Origin: Phoronis australis
Taxonomy: Eukaryota > Animalia > Phoronida
Length of the DNA stretch: 64,000 bases
Assembly: GCA_002633005.1 (NCBI GenBank)
Contig: NMRA01000070.1
Location: forward strand, 150,172 to 214,171
Direction: 5' to 3'
In this document: one piece after another, positions 40,750-52,294 of the stretch
Layout: each line of letters opens with the position of its first letter
Position numbering within the stretch: the stretch's first letter is position 1
The notes under the pieces: model-generated
What the model was told of the DNA's origin: nothing
Databases searched by the model: none
The model's input: only the letters and a program-made list of their open reading frames with translations
Program-made: the position numbers and the translations under genes

Positions 40750-41009
40750 TTTGTGTTCCCTGTAAGTTCCATACGTTAGGTATCAAATGTAAGAGTCAAA
40801 TATTAATAACCGCCTTCTTTCCGCCAACCACCCGGTATTGTTGTCTCTAGTGCGAGGATTGGTAGTACTACTACTGATTGTCTGAATTCACACGGAGACC
40901 TCTTTATGTCCCTCTCCAGTGTCCGGATCCAAGACAGGATACATACGCCGGACGAATTGCTCGAATTGTTCGCATGCACGTGGAGGGCATAGCCTCATTA
41001 TATTACACT

Positions 41010-42260
41010 CTCCGTGACCAGTTCACACGATACGTTTGGCCTCTCCGGTACTCCCCATCCAGGACCACCTCCCTTTTTCCAGCTGATTACGAACTGTGCT
41101 ATTGTGTGCTGTCGTTACAAGCTTTCCGTCTCCCGGTGTTGCCGCACCACCATCTCTCTCCGTAACCAGTCCAAACGATACGTTTGGCCTCTTCGGTACT
41201 CCCCATCCAGGACCACCTCCCTTTGTCCAGCTTGTTACAAACTGTGCTATTGTGTGCTGTCGTTGCAAGCTTTCCGCCTCCCGGTGTTGCCGCACCACCA
41301 TCTCTCTCCGTGACCAGTCCACACCATACGTTTGGCCTCTTCGGTACTCCCCATCCAGGACCACCTCCCTTTGTCCAGCTTGTTACAAACTGTGCTATTG
41401 TGTGCTGTCGTTGCAAGCTTTCCGCCTCCCGGTGTTGCCGCACCACCATCTCTCTCCGTAACCAGTCCAAACGATACGTTTGGCCTCTTCGGTACTCCCC
41501 ATCCAGGACCACCTCCCTTTGTCCAGCTTGTTACAAACTGTGCTATTGTGTGCTGTCGTTGCAAGCTTTCCGCCTCCCGGTGTTGCCGCACCACCATCTC
41601 TCTCCGTGACCAGTCCAAACGATACGTTTGGCCTCTTCGGTACTCCCCATCCAGGACCACCTCCCTTTGTCCAGCTTGTTACAAACTGTGCTATTGTGTG
41701 CTGTCGTTGCAAGCTTTCCGCCTCCCGGTGTTGCCGCACCACCATCTCTCTCCGTGACCAGTCCACACCATACGTTTGGCCTCTTCGGTACTCCCCATCC
41801 AGGACCACCTCCCTTTGTCCAGCTTGTTACAAACTGTGCTATTGTGTGCTGTCATTGCAAGCTTTCCGCCTCCCGGTGTTGCCACACCACCATCTCTCTC
41901 CGTGACCAGTCCACACCATACGTTTGGCCTCTTCGGTACTCCCCATCCAGGACCACCTCCCTTTGTCCAGCTTGTTACAAACTGTGCTATTGTGTGCTGT
42001 CATTGCAAGCTTTCCGCCTCCCGGTGTTGCCACACCACCATCTCTCTCCGTGACCAGTCCACACCATACGTTTGGTCTCTTCGGTACTCCCCATCCAGGA
42101 CCACCTCCCTTTGTCCAGCTGATTACGAACTGAGCTATTGTGTGCTGTCGTTACAAGCTTTCCGCCTCCCGGTGTTGCCGCAACACCATCTCTCTCCGTG
42201 ACCAGTCCACACGATACGTTTGGCCTCTTCGTTACTCACCATCCAGGACCACCTCCCCTC
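41010..42260. repeat. 148-bp tandem array, ~8.4 near-identical copies
   Basis: Unit ctccgtgaccagtccacaccatacgtttggcctcttcggtactccccatccaggacc...; ORF starts recur every 148 bp. Confidence 0.97.
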
Positions 42261-42454
42261 ACCAGCACCACCTACCACACGCGGGACACTCACCGTCGGT
42301 GTTGCTGAATCGGTGGAGCTCCCTAACGAAGAAGAAGATGAAGGCGCATCTGAAAACCAAAAAGCAGATTGTACAACGAGGAGAAGTTACAATAATTTAT
42401 GCATACCTCGGTGTAAGCCTTAACCATCTTACTGAAGCAATTAGCAGAGTACTC

Positions 42455-42900
42455 TTGTGGCCGACAGATGGCGCGCACGTGGTAGCAAATAAAACAACAC
42501 ACGAATACACCAACCAATAAAATACGTCTATTGAGTGTCAGCGTTGTGATTAACAACCAACAGATTACAATAAGTTGTGAGACTGACGACTCGCTGACTG
42601 AGACAAGATATCTCTACTAGGGAAACTACTAATCTATAGTGCCACTAGTCACCAGTAAATACCATACGCGTTTACACTTCAAGAGTCACAACAGAACTGA
42701 ACCCTCTAGATCAATCATTAGACTGGTTCAAATTGACTAAAAGGCTGAGATCAACGCCCGTGCCAAAGTATCTATACCTCAAGCTGTAGGAACTTTCTTC
42801 TGTTCGTGGTCTGGTACTGTCGTCTGATGGTCCGAGGTCTTTGAGGTCTGTAGTCGAAGTTTCAACCGTGGTCTGGTCCATTGTAGATCTAGTCCAATTA
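42455..42900 (-). mobile_element. Partial LTR (3' half, copy c) joined to a splice acceptor and an ORF-A paralog (MVKAYTEVC..., ATG ~42427)
   Basis: Homologous to 43600-44060 and 45030-45350. Confidence 0.65.
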
Positions 42901-43588
42901 AAACGAATATCGGAAAATCACGTATACATATATTACTAAACGGTACCTTGTACCAATCCAACATTATATTGCTAACTACACCTCGTGCCAACTAAAAATA
43001 TAATTATGTCACACTCCACCTCAAATCAAACTAAGGATATCATACGTTACATCTCGTATTAACTAAACTATGCCAATATTACACCTCACTCGAAAAGAAG
43101 TTTTTAGGTATCAAATACAAGAGTCAAATGATAATAACCACCACCTTTCTGGCGACTATCTAGCGTACTTCGTGGCCTCTAGTGTAAGGATCGGTAGTGC
43201 TACCACGGTGCTACTGATTGTTCGAAGTCTCCCGGAGGTTTCCTGACCGTCTTCAGTAGTCAGATTCTAAGCAGGATACATACATCGGATTAAAACCTCA
43301 ATTGGACGTGGAGGGCATAGCCTCATTATGTTACAAGGGGGGATGAACCCATGCCTCGCAGCAGCCAATCTCCAACTGTTGTGGAGGCGTTCCGAAGACC
43401 CAGTACTTGGGGAGGGAATTTTTGTTAAAAGTTCACCGCACGCAGCACAGGGGTGATGGTAATCGATTCCCTTTTTCACCTCTAGTAGTGACGTGAAAAA
43501 GTTCGCCAATCCGCGCTGCTTACCGAAATTGTAGACAGTGTAAAATATGTCTGCTGGGCATTCCAATAGATTGACGAAACCCTCACCT

Positions 43589-44410
43589 TGTCGTATATCA
43601 ATGCGTGTTGCAGCCGACAGATGGCGCGCACGTGGTAACAAACAAAACAACACACAATTACTTTAACAATAGAATACGTCTATTAATTTGCAGTGTTGTG
43701 ATTTACAAACAATAGATTACAATACGTTGTGAGACTGACGATTAACTAATTGAGACAAGATATCCCTACTGGAAAAACTACTATTCAACTGAGTGCCACT
43801 GGTTCCCTATAGCTACCGCACACGCTAACACAAAACAAGCCACAACAGAACTAACCCTCCAAAACAATCACTAGCCCGTTCAAATTGACAAACAGGCTGA
43901 GACCAACGCCCGTGATAAGTGTCTATACCTCAGTTGTCCTTTCTCCTTGACTTTTTGGTCACACGAAGTTGCTCGTCTGGCCCCGGCTTTGTGTCTGTAG
44001 TCTTAAGTTATCGTCCAGCTCTGGAGTCATGCCCCGTAGTCTGAGGTTGTGGTCTATGGTGGATCCAAGGCAGTCTGCCCTTCTCTCGAGAGCCAGTGCT
44101 TTAAATACTAAACTTAGTGGCATCACACGATGGACCCACTCTGTATGTACATATATGTCCATCTCACTATAACGAGCTAAATATAACAGCTAACTGACCA
44201 TCCCCTAGAAAATTCTTGCATAACTGCCACTGTTCCTAGGTTTTCAACATCAGAACACTATTCCTGGATTTAACTACCACAGAGGTAGCACATCCCCTGA
44301 AATTTATTACATAACACCCGTGATGTGATAGGTTCTGCCAAAGACCAAAACTGGTTTGCATCCAAAACATGTTTGCATGCACGTGGAGGGCATAGCCTCA
44401 TTATATTACA
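43589..44410 (-). mobile_element. Near-complete 3' LTR (copy e) of a Ty3/Gypsy-like element; PPT at 44411-44422
   Basis: Minus strand AAAAGGGGGGAG|TGTAATATAATGAGG...GACA; TATTTAAA box (~44100); splice donor GAG|GTATAG (~43928). Confidence 0.8.
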
Positions 44411-45004
44411 CTCCCCCCTTTTGTTAAGCCAAAAATTTACATAAAAATTATTTGGGCATCTGTGCAATTCTCTTACAGTGTAAAATTTCTACTGTAGGTG
44501 ATCATTATACAATTGTACGAGATATAAGCGAAGTGAGTAATAAAATAAAGGGAGTCGTCAGTCTCCAAATGATCATTAAATCAAGTTAACAAACCAAATC
44601 TCACAACCACTCTAAACCAGTCCGATTGAAACGAATATAATGGAATAACACACATATACATTGTTAAATCACACCTCGTACCAATGCAACATTACGCTAC
44701 TAAACCATACCTCGCGTTAACTAATTATTTATGCCATTCTTCAACTCGGTTAAATCAATTCAAAGTATAATTATGTGACACTTCACCTCAAACCAACCTA
44801 ACTAAGAATATAGCGCATTACACCTCCATACTATTTAACTATTCATAACTGCAGCAGATGAGTCTGCGGCGTTTGGAAAAAGTCTGACGCCAATAGACTC
44901 TCCTGTACGTCCGCCACCACTACAGGCATATGCCTGGTTCGTCTCCCTTGTATTTCTATTTCAAGCGAGAAGATATCAACTATGTCTGCCACACATTCCC
45001 TTCG

Positions 45005-45852
45005 GTGTCACGGTGGTATATCAATGTGTGTTGTGGCCGACAGATGGCGCGCACGTGGTAGTAAGTAAAACAACACACGAATACCTCAACCAATAAAATA
45101 CGTCTATTAATTTACAGCGTTGTGATTTACAAACAATAGTTTACAATAAATTGTGAGACTGACGACTAACTGAATGAGACGAGATATCACTGCTAGAGAA
45201 AGTACTAAACAACGTCACTAGTTACCAGTAGCAACCGCACATGCAAACACATTACAAGTCGCAACAGAACTAACCCTCTAGAACAATCGCTAGACTGGTT
45301 CGAATTGATTAACAGGCTGAGACCAACACCTGTGTTAAATGTCCATACCTCGGTTATGTACTTTAGACTTGACTCGTGGGTTTTCCGTCCGGTCCTGCGT
45401 CCCTGCCGTTCACTGTCTGGAGATCGTGACTTTACAGTTTTCGAAGACTCAAATTGGCCTGTTCGGTGCGGCCTGGTTGGTCTGCTTCTGTTAGTGTCTT
45501 AAATAATACCTTTGGAGCCATCACGTGATGGTCCCACCTCTTTTAGTACATCTCTCTTATAACCAGCTAATTGACTATCCTATAGAAAATTCTTGCATAA
45601 ATGCCACTATTCTCAGATTTGCTACACCAGGGATATGCCTATCCTCTGAGTAATCTCCGTATAATTGCCACTCTAGAGGTATGTACATCCTTTAGGAATC
45701 TCAACTACCACAGAAGTATACACATTCCCTGGGAATAGACTAAGACGTGTTTGCATGCACGTGGAGAACACAAAACAGAAGTATGCACATACCCTGGGAA
45801 TATTTTAAGACATGTTTGCATGCACGTGGAGGGCAGTGCCTCATTATATTAC
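45005..45852 (-). mobile_element. Complete 3' LTR (copy f, divergent subfamily), inserted into ORF-D of the neighbouring element
   Basis: PPT|TGTAATATAATGAGG...ACCGTGACA (TG...CA); the flank cacattcccttcgg continues uninterrupted in the duplicate at ~50935-50950. Confidence 0.8.
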
Positions 45853-46271
45853 ACTCCCCCCTTTTGTTAAGCCAAAACATTTACACAATAAATTTTTGGG
45901 AAGTCGTGGATTTTCCGACAATGTAAAGTTTCACCCAGGTGATCGCCATACAACTGCAATGGATACAAAAAAATGAATGATAAAACAAGGGAAGTCGTCA
46001 GCCTCCAGGTGATCGTTAAACAGGTTAACAAACAGCATCTCACAACGAAATATCAACCACAATAAACTATCCCAACAATTAATATAATGGAACACACACA
46101 CACAGTATGTTTCTGTCACCAAACCGAACTTTATACCAACCCCTTATTACATAAACAAATATACTTTATATCTATTAAAATTATAATTATGTCATAGTTC
46201 CCCTCAAATCAAATCTACCAAAATATTACATATCATAACTGATTAACTAAACGTGAAGGTGCCACCCCAAA

Positions 46272-46681
46272 CTAAACTAACTGAAGGGGGTGGACCTGTG
46301 GCGTGCGGTAGAAGTCTGCCGCCAGCAGACTTTCAGGGACGTCTGCCACCGCTACGGGCATGCGTCTCGGAGGGTGTCCCCCAACTCCACTTCCAAGCAA
46401 AATATACCAATTACGTCGGTTGTACGACCCCGGTTAGCGTATTTAACCTGGGCGTACTCTACTCCCATCGCACGTGGGCCGCCCCACGCCTGACTGTCGC
46501 CCTGGAGCCCCTCGTACGCACGGTTCCGTGAATACCAGACCCCAGCGTAGTCGTTTAATGATAGGACAGTCATATCAGCGGTCAGATCCACGCGGAACAT
46601 GATCCACTCGCCGTCCACCGACGCATCCAGTCGTACCGCCGGCAAAGTTTTGTATACAACTTCCTGTTGCTGAGCTACCAT
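46272..46681 (-). pseudogene. Accessory ORF-D paralog, frameshifted near C-terminus
   Basis: MVAQQQEVVYKTLPAVRLDASVDGEWIMFRVDLTAD...; alternative frame continues RMPVAVADVPESLLAADFYRTPQVHPLQLV*. Confidence 0.7.
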
Positions 46682-46832
46682 TGTTGATCGTGTTCCTGTA
46701 ATAGTTCCATATTTTATATATATATATAAATGTTACGTATATCTTGTGACTATTCGGAATGTCAATAACCACCACCTTCCTGGCGACTATCTAGCGTACT
46801 CTACTGTAAGGTTCAGTAGTACTACTACGATG

Positions 46833-47117
46833 AACCCACTCTGTATGTACATATATGTCCATCTCTCTATTACGAGCTGAATATAACGAACTAACTGACC
46901 ACGCGATGGACCCACTCTGCATGTACATATACATGTATGTCCATCTCCCTATGACTCAAAATTCTTGCATAGCTGCCACTATTCCTGTATTGTTGCATAA
47001 CTGCCACTATTCCTGGGTTTTCAACATCAGAGCACTATTCCTGGATTTAACTACCACAGAGGTAGCATATCCCCTGAAAGTTATTGCACATGGAGGGCAT
47101 AGCCTTATTATATTACA
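46833..47117 (-). mobile_element. 5' part of a 3' LTR (copy g); PPT at 47118-47129
   Basis: AAAAGGGGGGAG|TGTAATATAATAAGGCTATGCCC. Confidence 0.75.
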
Positions 47118-47498
47118 CTCCCCCCTTTTGTTAAGCCAAAAATTTACTTAATAAATTTTTGGGCAACTGTGCAATTCCCTGACAGTACAAAGTTTCTGCA
47201 GGCGATTATTATACAATTGTACGAGATATAAAGCCTAAACAGTAATAAAACAAAAGAAGTCGTCAGTCTCCAAATTATCATTAAACAAATTAACAAACCA
47301 AACCTCACAACCACTCTAAACTAATGCAATTAAACGAATATAATGAAATCACACACATATACATTAATAAACCCGTATCAATCCAACATTACGCTACCAA
47401 ACCATTCCTCAACTCAATAAATCAACGCAAAGCGTAATTATGCGACACTCCACCCCAAATCAACTAAGAATATAACATATATTACTACCGACACCTGC

Positions 47499-47900
47499 CT
47501 ACAGCTGAAGCGGGTGAGTATGCGGCGTGTGGAAGAAAGCAGCCTCCAGCAGACTCTCAGGGATATCCTCTACAGCCACGGGCATGTGCCTGGTCGGCTG
47601 CCCCCCTATCTCCACCTCCAACATGTAAACATCGATGAGGTCAACCTGACGGCTCCGCCGGTCATAGCGGACCCGGGCATAGGTGACGTCCGCCTCACGC
47701 GGACAGCCCCACGACTGGTTGTCGCAGGGAAGTCCCTCCAGGTGCCGCGTCATGCCTTCCAAGACCTTGGCGAAGTCCTCCAAAGATAAAATTGTAACGT
47801 CGGCACTTGGGTCTACCCTAAAACAAATCCAGTGTCCCTCCACCGACGCGTCCAGGTATACGGCCGGTAGGGTTTTGTAAGTTGGTCCGGCGTCTTCCAT
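47499..47900 (-). CDS. Intact accessory ORF-D (133 aa), unknown function
   Basis: MEDAGPTYKTLPAVYLDASVEGHWICFRVDPSAD...HTHPLQL; five diverged homologs in window; acceptor tattatAG 10 nt before a strong Kozak AAGATGG. Confidence 0.7.
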   Translation of the reverse strand: MEDAGPTYKTLPAVYLDASVEGHWICFRVDPSADVTILSLEDFAKVLEGMTRHLEGLPCDNQSWGCPREADVTYARVRYDRRSRQVDLIDVYMLEVEIGGQPTRHMPVAVEDIPESLLEAAFFHTPHTHPLQL

Positions 47901-48039
47901 CTTGTATTTCCTATAATAGTTCCGTATGTCTTATACATCTATAATGACTCTGAATGTTAATAAGTACTACCCTTATTGTCAACCACCCATGTATTGCAAT
48001 CTTTAGTGCGAGGGTTGGTAGTACTACTACTGATTGTCT

Positions 48040-48498
48040 GAATTCACACGGAGGCCTCCTCATGGCCCTCTCCAGTGTCCGGATCCAAGGCAGGATACAT
48101 ACGACGGACGAATTGCTGCATCTCGATCGGTCTGCCATTCCACTGGGCCGATACGGTCGGGCGGTCGTCAGCACTGGGTTTCTCCCCAGCCGGCGATGTC
48201 TGTCGGGCGTCATTCTGTGCACTCATGAGCGTGACTAGCGGGATCGATGTTTTCCTGAATATCAGTTGGCTCTCCCGGAGCGTCAGCGATGACGTTATTT
48301 TGTTTCGATGACGTAGACGCCTCGCTGAAGGTAGAGCCGTGTTGGGGGCCGTCATACTGATTTCGGCCGCACCGATGTCTCGCGAATTTGTCCCTTCGGT
48401 TGAAGGTCATGCAGCAAAATTCGCAAGCGTGCCTTCCCCCGTAGGCATCGGGGCGTAGGGAACGTCTTTCCACAAATATTGCAACAGAGTTCTTTCAT
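48040..48498 (-). pseudogene. Accessory ORF-C: decayed zinc-finger protein
   Basis: ttttttttcAG|caATG MKELCCNICGKTFPTPR, frameshift, HACEFCCMTFNRRDKFARHRC; duplicate at ~51330-51773. Confidence 0.6.
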
Positions 48499-48645
48499 TG
48501 CTGAAAAAAACAAATGAATAAAATAAAAGTTAATCCGTAGACGAATCCGAATACCATATGGGAACACCTCCGACATAGTTCCGTAAAAGGTCGTCCGCTC
48601 TCTCTTAGTCACAGTCTATGAGGTCGTTGTAAATATGGTCCGCGC

Positions 48646-49023
48646 TCATTTCTCGTTCAAAAACCAAGATGCCTCAGTCAGATGACCATTAGTTACATAA
48701 TAGTCACATTGTTGTACAAATTGTGTAACGCGTCTCCATAGCCTTCTGGGCATAACGTTGACCTGTGTGCATAGCAATAGGTGTCTGCACGTAATATTAA
48801 GGTGACGGATCGCCAACCGACTCATTTGTGAAATGGTCACGTGTTTATACATGATGTTCATAGCCTCTTGACAAATGCGTAAAATCCAATAGTGTCGTCG
48901 CTGCTCATCTTCTGTTGTTTTAATCACTTTCTTCACGTCCTCTTCTAGTGTCAGAAAGAAGAAGGCGTCTATCTCGTGATGGCTGTAATAATATTCGCAC
49001 ACCTCGATGTATGTCTTAACCAT
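48646..49023 (-). CDS. Accessory ORF-A (125 aa), unknown function
   Basis: MVKTYIEVCEYYYSHHEIDAFF...WFLNEK*; intact in both diverged copies; upstream acceptor ttgcttcAG; stop overlaps the next ATG (ATGA). Confidence 0.6.
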   Translation of the reverse strand: MVKTYIEVCEYYYSHHEIDAFFFLTLEEDVKKVIKTTEDEQRRHYWILRICQEAMNIMYKHVTISQMSRLAIRHLNITCRHLLLCTQVNVMPRRLWRRVTQFVQQCDYYVTNGHLTEASWFLNEK

Positions 49024-49607
49024 TATAAACAATTTTGCGGAAAGGTCCTTTCTTTCATACCGCTCTAACTGAAGCAATAAGCGGTTTACTTTATCTCTAC
49101 ATTTTTTTCTGCCTCGTCGTTTATTCTGTATCTTTTACCGTCCCTTTGGCGGTTGAATAGCAAGCGAGTTATGTTGCATGCCATTGTGTAAAGTCACTAA
49201 CCTCGGGTCACTTGTTCATTTCGGGTGATCTCCGCTTCTACAAACGCTTTGATGCACTGCAATAGAAAACGCAACCCTTTAAATACACGAACAAGAAACC
49301 GGTCTAAACTGAAAACCTCAATTGGACGTGGAGGGCATAGCCTCATTATGTTACAAGTGGGGATGCACCAATGTCTCGCAGCAGCTAATCTCCAACTGTT
49401 GTGGAGGCGTTCCGAAGACCCAGTACTTGGGGAGGGAATTTTTGTTAAAAGTTCACCGCACGCAGCACAGGGTGATGGTAATCGATTCCCTTTTTCACCT
49501 CTAGTAGTGACGTGAAAAAGTTCGCCAATCCGCGCTGCTTACCGAAATTGTAGACAGTGTAAAATATGTCTGCTGGGCATTCCAATAGATTGACGAAACC
49601 CTCACCT

Positions 49608-50427
49608 TGTGGTATATCAATGCGTGTTGCAGCCGACAGATGGCGCTCACGTGGTAACAAACAAAACAACACACGATTACTTTAACAATAGAATACGTCT
49701 ATTAATTTGCAGTGTTGTGATTTACAAACAATAGATTACAATACGTTGTGAGACTGACGACTAACTAATTGAGACAAGATATCCCTACTGGAAAAACTAC
49801 TATTCAACAGTGCCACTGGTTCCCTATAGCTACCGCACACGCTAACACAAAACAAGCCACAACAGAACTAACCCTCCAAAACAATCACTAGCCCGTTCAA
49901 ATTGACAAACAGGCTGAGACCAACGCCCGTGATAAGTGTCTATACCTCAGTTGTCCTTTCTCCTTGACTTTTTGGTCACACGAAGTTGCTCGTCTGGCCC
50001 CGGCTTTGTGTCTGTAGTCTTAAGTTATCGTCCAGCTCTGGAGTCATGCCCCGTAGTCTGAGGTTGTGGTCTATGGTGGATCCAAGGCAGTCTGCCCTTG
50101 TCTCGAGAGCCAGTGCTTTAAATACTAAACTTAGTGGCATCACACGATGGACCCACTCTGTATGTACATATATGTCCATCTCACTATAACGAGCTAAATA
50201 TAACAGCTAACTGACCATCCCCTAGAAAATTCTTGCATAACTGCCACTGTTCCTAGGTTTTCAACATCAGAACACTATTCCTGGATTTAACTACCACAGA
50301 GGTAGCACATCCCCTGAAATTTATTACATAACACCCGTGATGTGATAGGTTCTGCCAAAGACCAAAACTGGTTTGCATCCAAAACATGTTTGCATGCACG
50401 TGGAGGGCATAGCCTCATTATATTACA
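49608..50427 (-). mobile_element. Near-complete 3' LTR (copy i), duplicate of copy e; PPT follows at 50428
   Basis: Nearly identical to 43589-44410, offset ~6017. Confidence 0.8.
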
Positions 50428-50864
50428 CTCCCCCCTTTTGTTAAGCCAAAAATTTACATAAAAATTATTTGGGCATCTGTGCAATTCTCTTACAGTGTAA
50501 AATTTCTACTGTAGGTGATCATTATACAATTGTACGAGATATAAGCGAAGTGGGTAATAAAATAAAGGGAGTCGTCAGTCTCCAAATGATCATTAAATCA
50601 AGTTAACAAACCAAATCTCACAACCACTCTAAACCAGTCCGATTGAAACGAATATAATGGAATAACACACATATACATTGTTAAATCACACCTCGTACCA
50701 ATGCAACATTACGCTACTAAACCATACCTCGCGTTAACTAATTATTTATGCCATTCTTCAACTCGGTTAAATCAATTCAAAGTATAATTATGTGACACTT
50801 CACCTCAAACCAAACTAACTAAGAATATAGCGCATTACACCTCCATACTATTTAACTATTCATA

Positions 50865-51180
50865 ACTGCAGCGGATGAGTCTGCGGCGTTTGGAAAAAGT
50901 CTGACGCCAATAGACTCTCCGGTACGTCTGCCACACATTCCCTTCGGTCATAACGGACCTGGGCATATGGGGCGTCGCTTTCTCATGGGCAGCCCAACGA
51001 CTGTCTGTCGCACGGCAGTCCCTTTAGAATCCGGTTACCCACGTATTGCACGCTCGCAAAATCTGCTAGCGACAACACAGTGGTGTCCGCTGTAGGGTCG
51101 ACGCGGAAGACTTTCCATTGCCCTTCCACTGTTGCATCTAACCGGACAGCTGGTAACGTTTTGTACATCGGTTCGGCCAT
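50865..51180 (-). pseudogene. Accessory ORF-D paralog with premature stop and deletion
   Basis: tattgcAG|gaaaaATG MAEPMYKTLPAVRLDATVEGQWKVFRVDPTAD...GLPCDRQSLGCP*. Confidence 0.7.
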
Positions 51181-51487
51181 TTTTCCTGCAATAGTTTCAT
51201 AAGTTCCTTTAGATATCGAAACAATAGTCAATGTTAATAACCACCACCTTTCTGGCGACTATCTATCGTACTATAAGACTTCTACTGTGAAGATCGGTAG
51301 TACTACTACGGTGTATACTGATCACACAGAGGCCTGCTCATGGCCCTCTCTAGTGTCCGGATCCAAGGCAGGATACATACGACGGACAAATTGCTGCATC
51401 TCGATCGGTCTGGCATTCCACTGGGCCGATACGGTCGGGTGGTCGTCAGCACTGGGTTTCTCCCCAGCAGGCGATGTCTGTCGGGCG

Positions 51488-51920
51488 TCATTCTGTGCAC
51501 TCATGATTGTGACTAGCGGGATCGATGTTTTCCTGAATATCAGTTGGCTCCCCCGGAGCGTCAGCGATGACGTTTTCTTTCGATGACGTAGACGCCTCGC
51601 TGACGGTAGAGCCGTGTTGGGGGCCGTCATACTGATTTCGGCCGCACCGATGTCTCGCGAAATTGTCCCTTCGGTTGAAGGTGATGCCGCAAAATTCGCA
51701 AGCGTGCCTTCCCCCGTAGGCCTCGGGGCGTAGGGAACGTCTTTCCACAAATATTGCAGCAGAGTTCTTTCATTGCTGAAAAAAATGAATAAAATAAAAG
51801 TAAATCCGAAGACGAATCCGAATACCATATGGGAACACCTCCGACATAGTTCCGTAAAAGGTCGTCCGCTCTCTCGTAGTCACAGTCTATGAGGTCGTTG
51901 TAAATATGGTCCGCGCTCAT
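51488..51920 (-). pseudogene. Accessory ORF-B/ORF-C (MSADHIYNDL... reading into zinc fingers, frameshifted)
   Basis: CNICGKTF and CEFCGITFNRRDNFARHRC zinc-finger-like motifs. Confidence 0.55.
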
Positions 51921-52294
51921 TTCTCGTTCAAAAACCAAGATGCCTCAGTCAGATGACCATTAGTTACATAATAGTCACATTGTTGTACAAATTGTGTAAC
52001 GCGTCTCCATAGCCTTCTGGGCATAACGTTGACCTGTGTGCATAGCAAGAGGTGTCTGCACGTAATATTAAGGTGACGGATCGCCAACCGACTCATTTTT
52101 GAATTGGTCACGTATTTATACATGATGTTCATAGCCTCTTGACAGTTGCGTAAAATCCAACAGTGTCGTCGCCGCTCATCTTCTATTGTTTTAATCACTT
52201 TCGTCACGTCCTCTTCCAGTGTCAGAAAGAAGAAGGCGTCTATCTCGTGATGGTTGTAATAATATTCGCACACCTCGATGTATGTCTTAACCAT
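51917..52294 (-). CDS. Accessory ORF-A second copy (125 aa)
   Basis: Homologous to 48646-49023 with substitutions but no stops or frameshifts. Confidence 0.6.
   Translation of the reverse strand: MVKTYIEVCEYYYNHHEIDAFFFLTLEEDVTKVIKTIEDERRRHCWILRNCQEAMNIMYKYVTNSKMSRLAIRHLNITCRHLLLCTQVNVMPRRLWRRVTQFVQQCDYYVTNGHLTEASWFLNEK

Noticed and set aside
41014-42201. Many overlapping 113-141 aa ORFs on both strands
   Set aside because: Products of a 148-bp repeat cycling through frames; not independent genes.
43305-43340. GGAGGGCATAG-CCTCA-TTATGTTACAA resembles a dif/Xer site, and TTATATTAC resembles a CRESS-virus nonanucleotide
   Set aside because: Better explained as the TG-starting LTR terminus, which directly follows a canonical PPT in five copies; the spacer and nonamer do not fit the consensus, and no recombinase or Rep gene is present.
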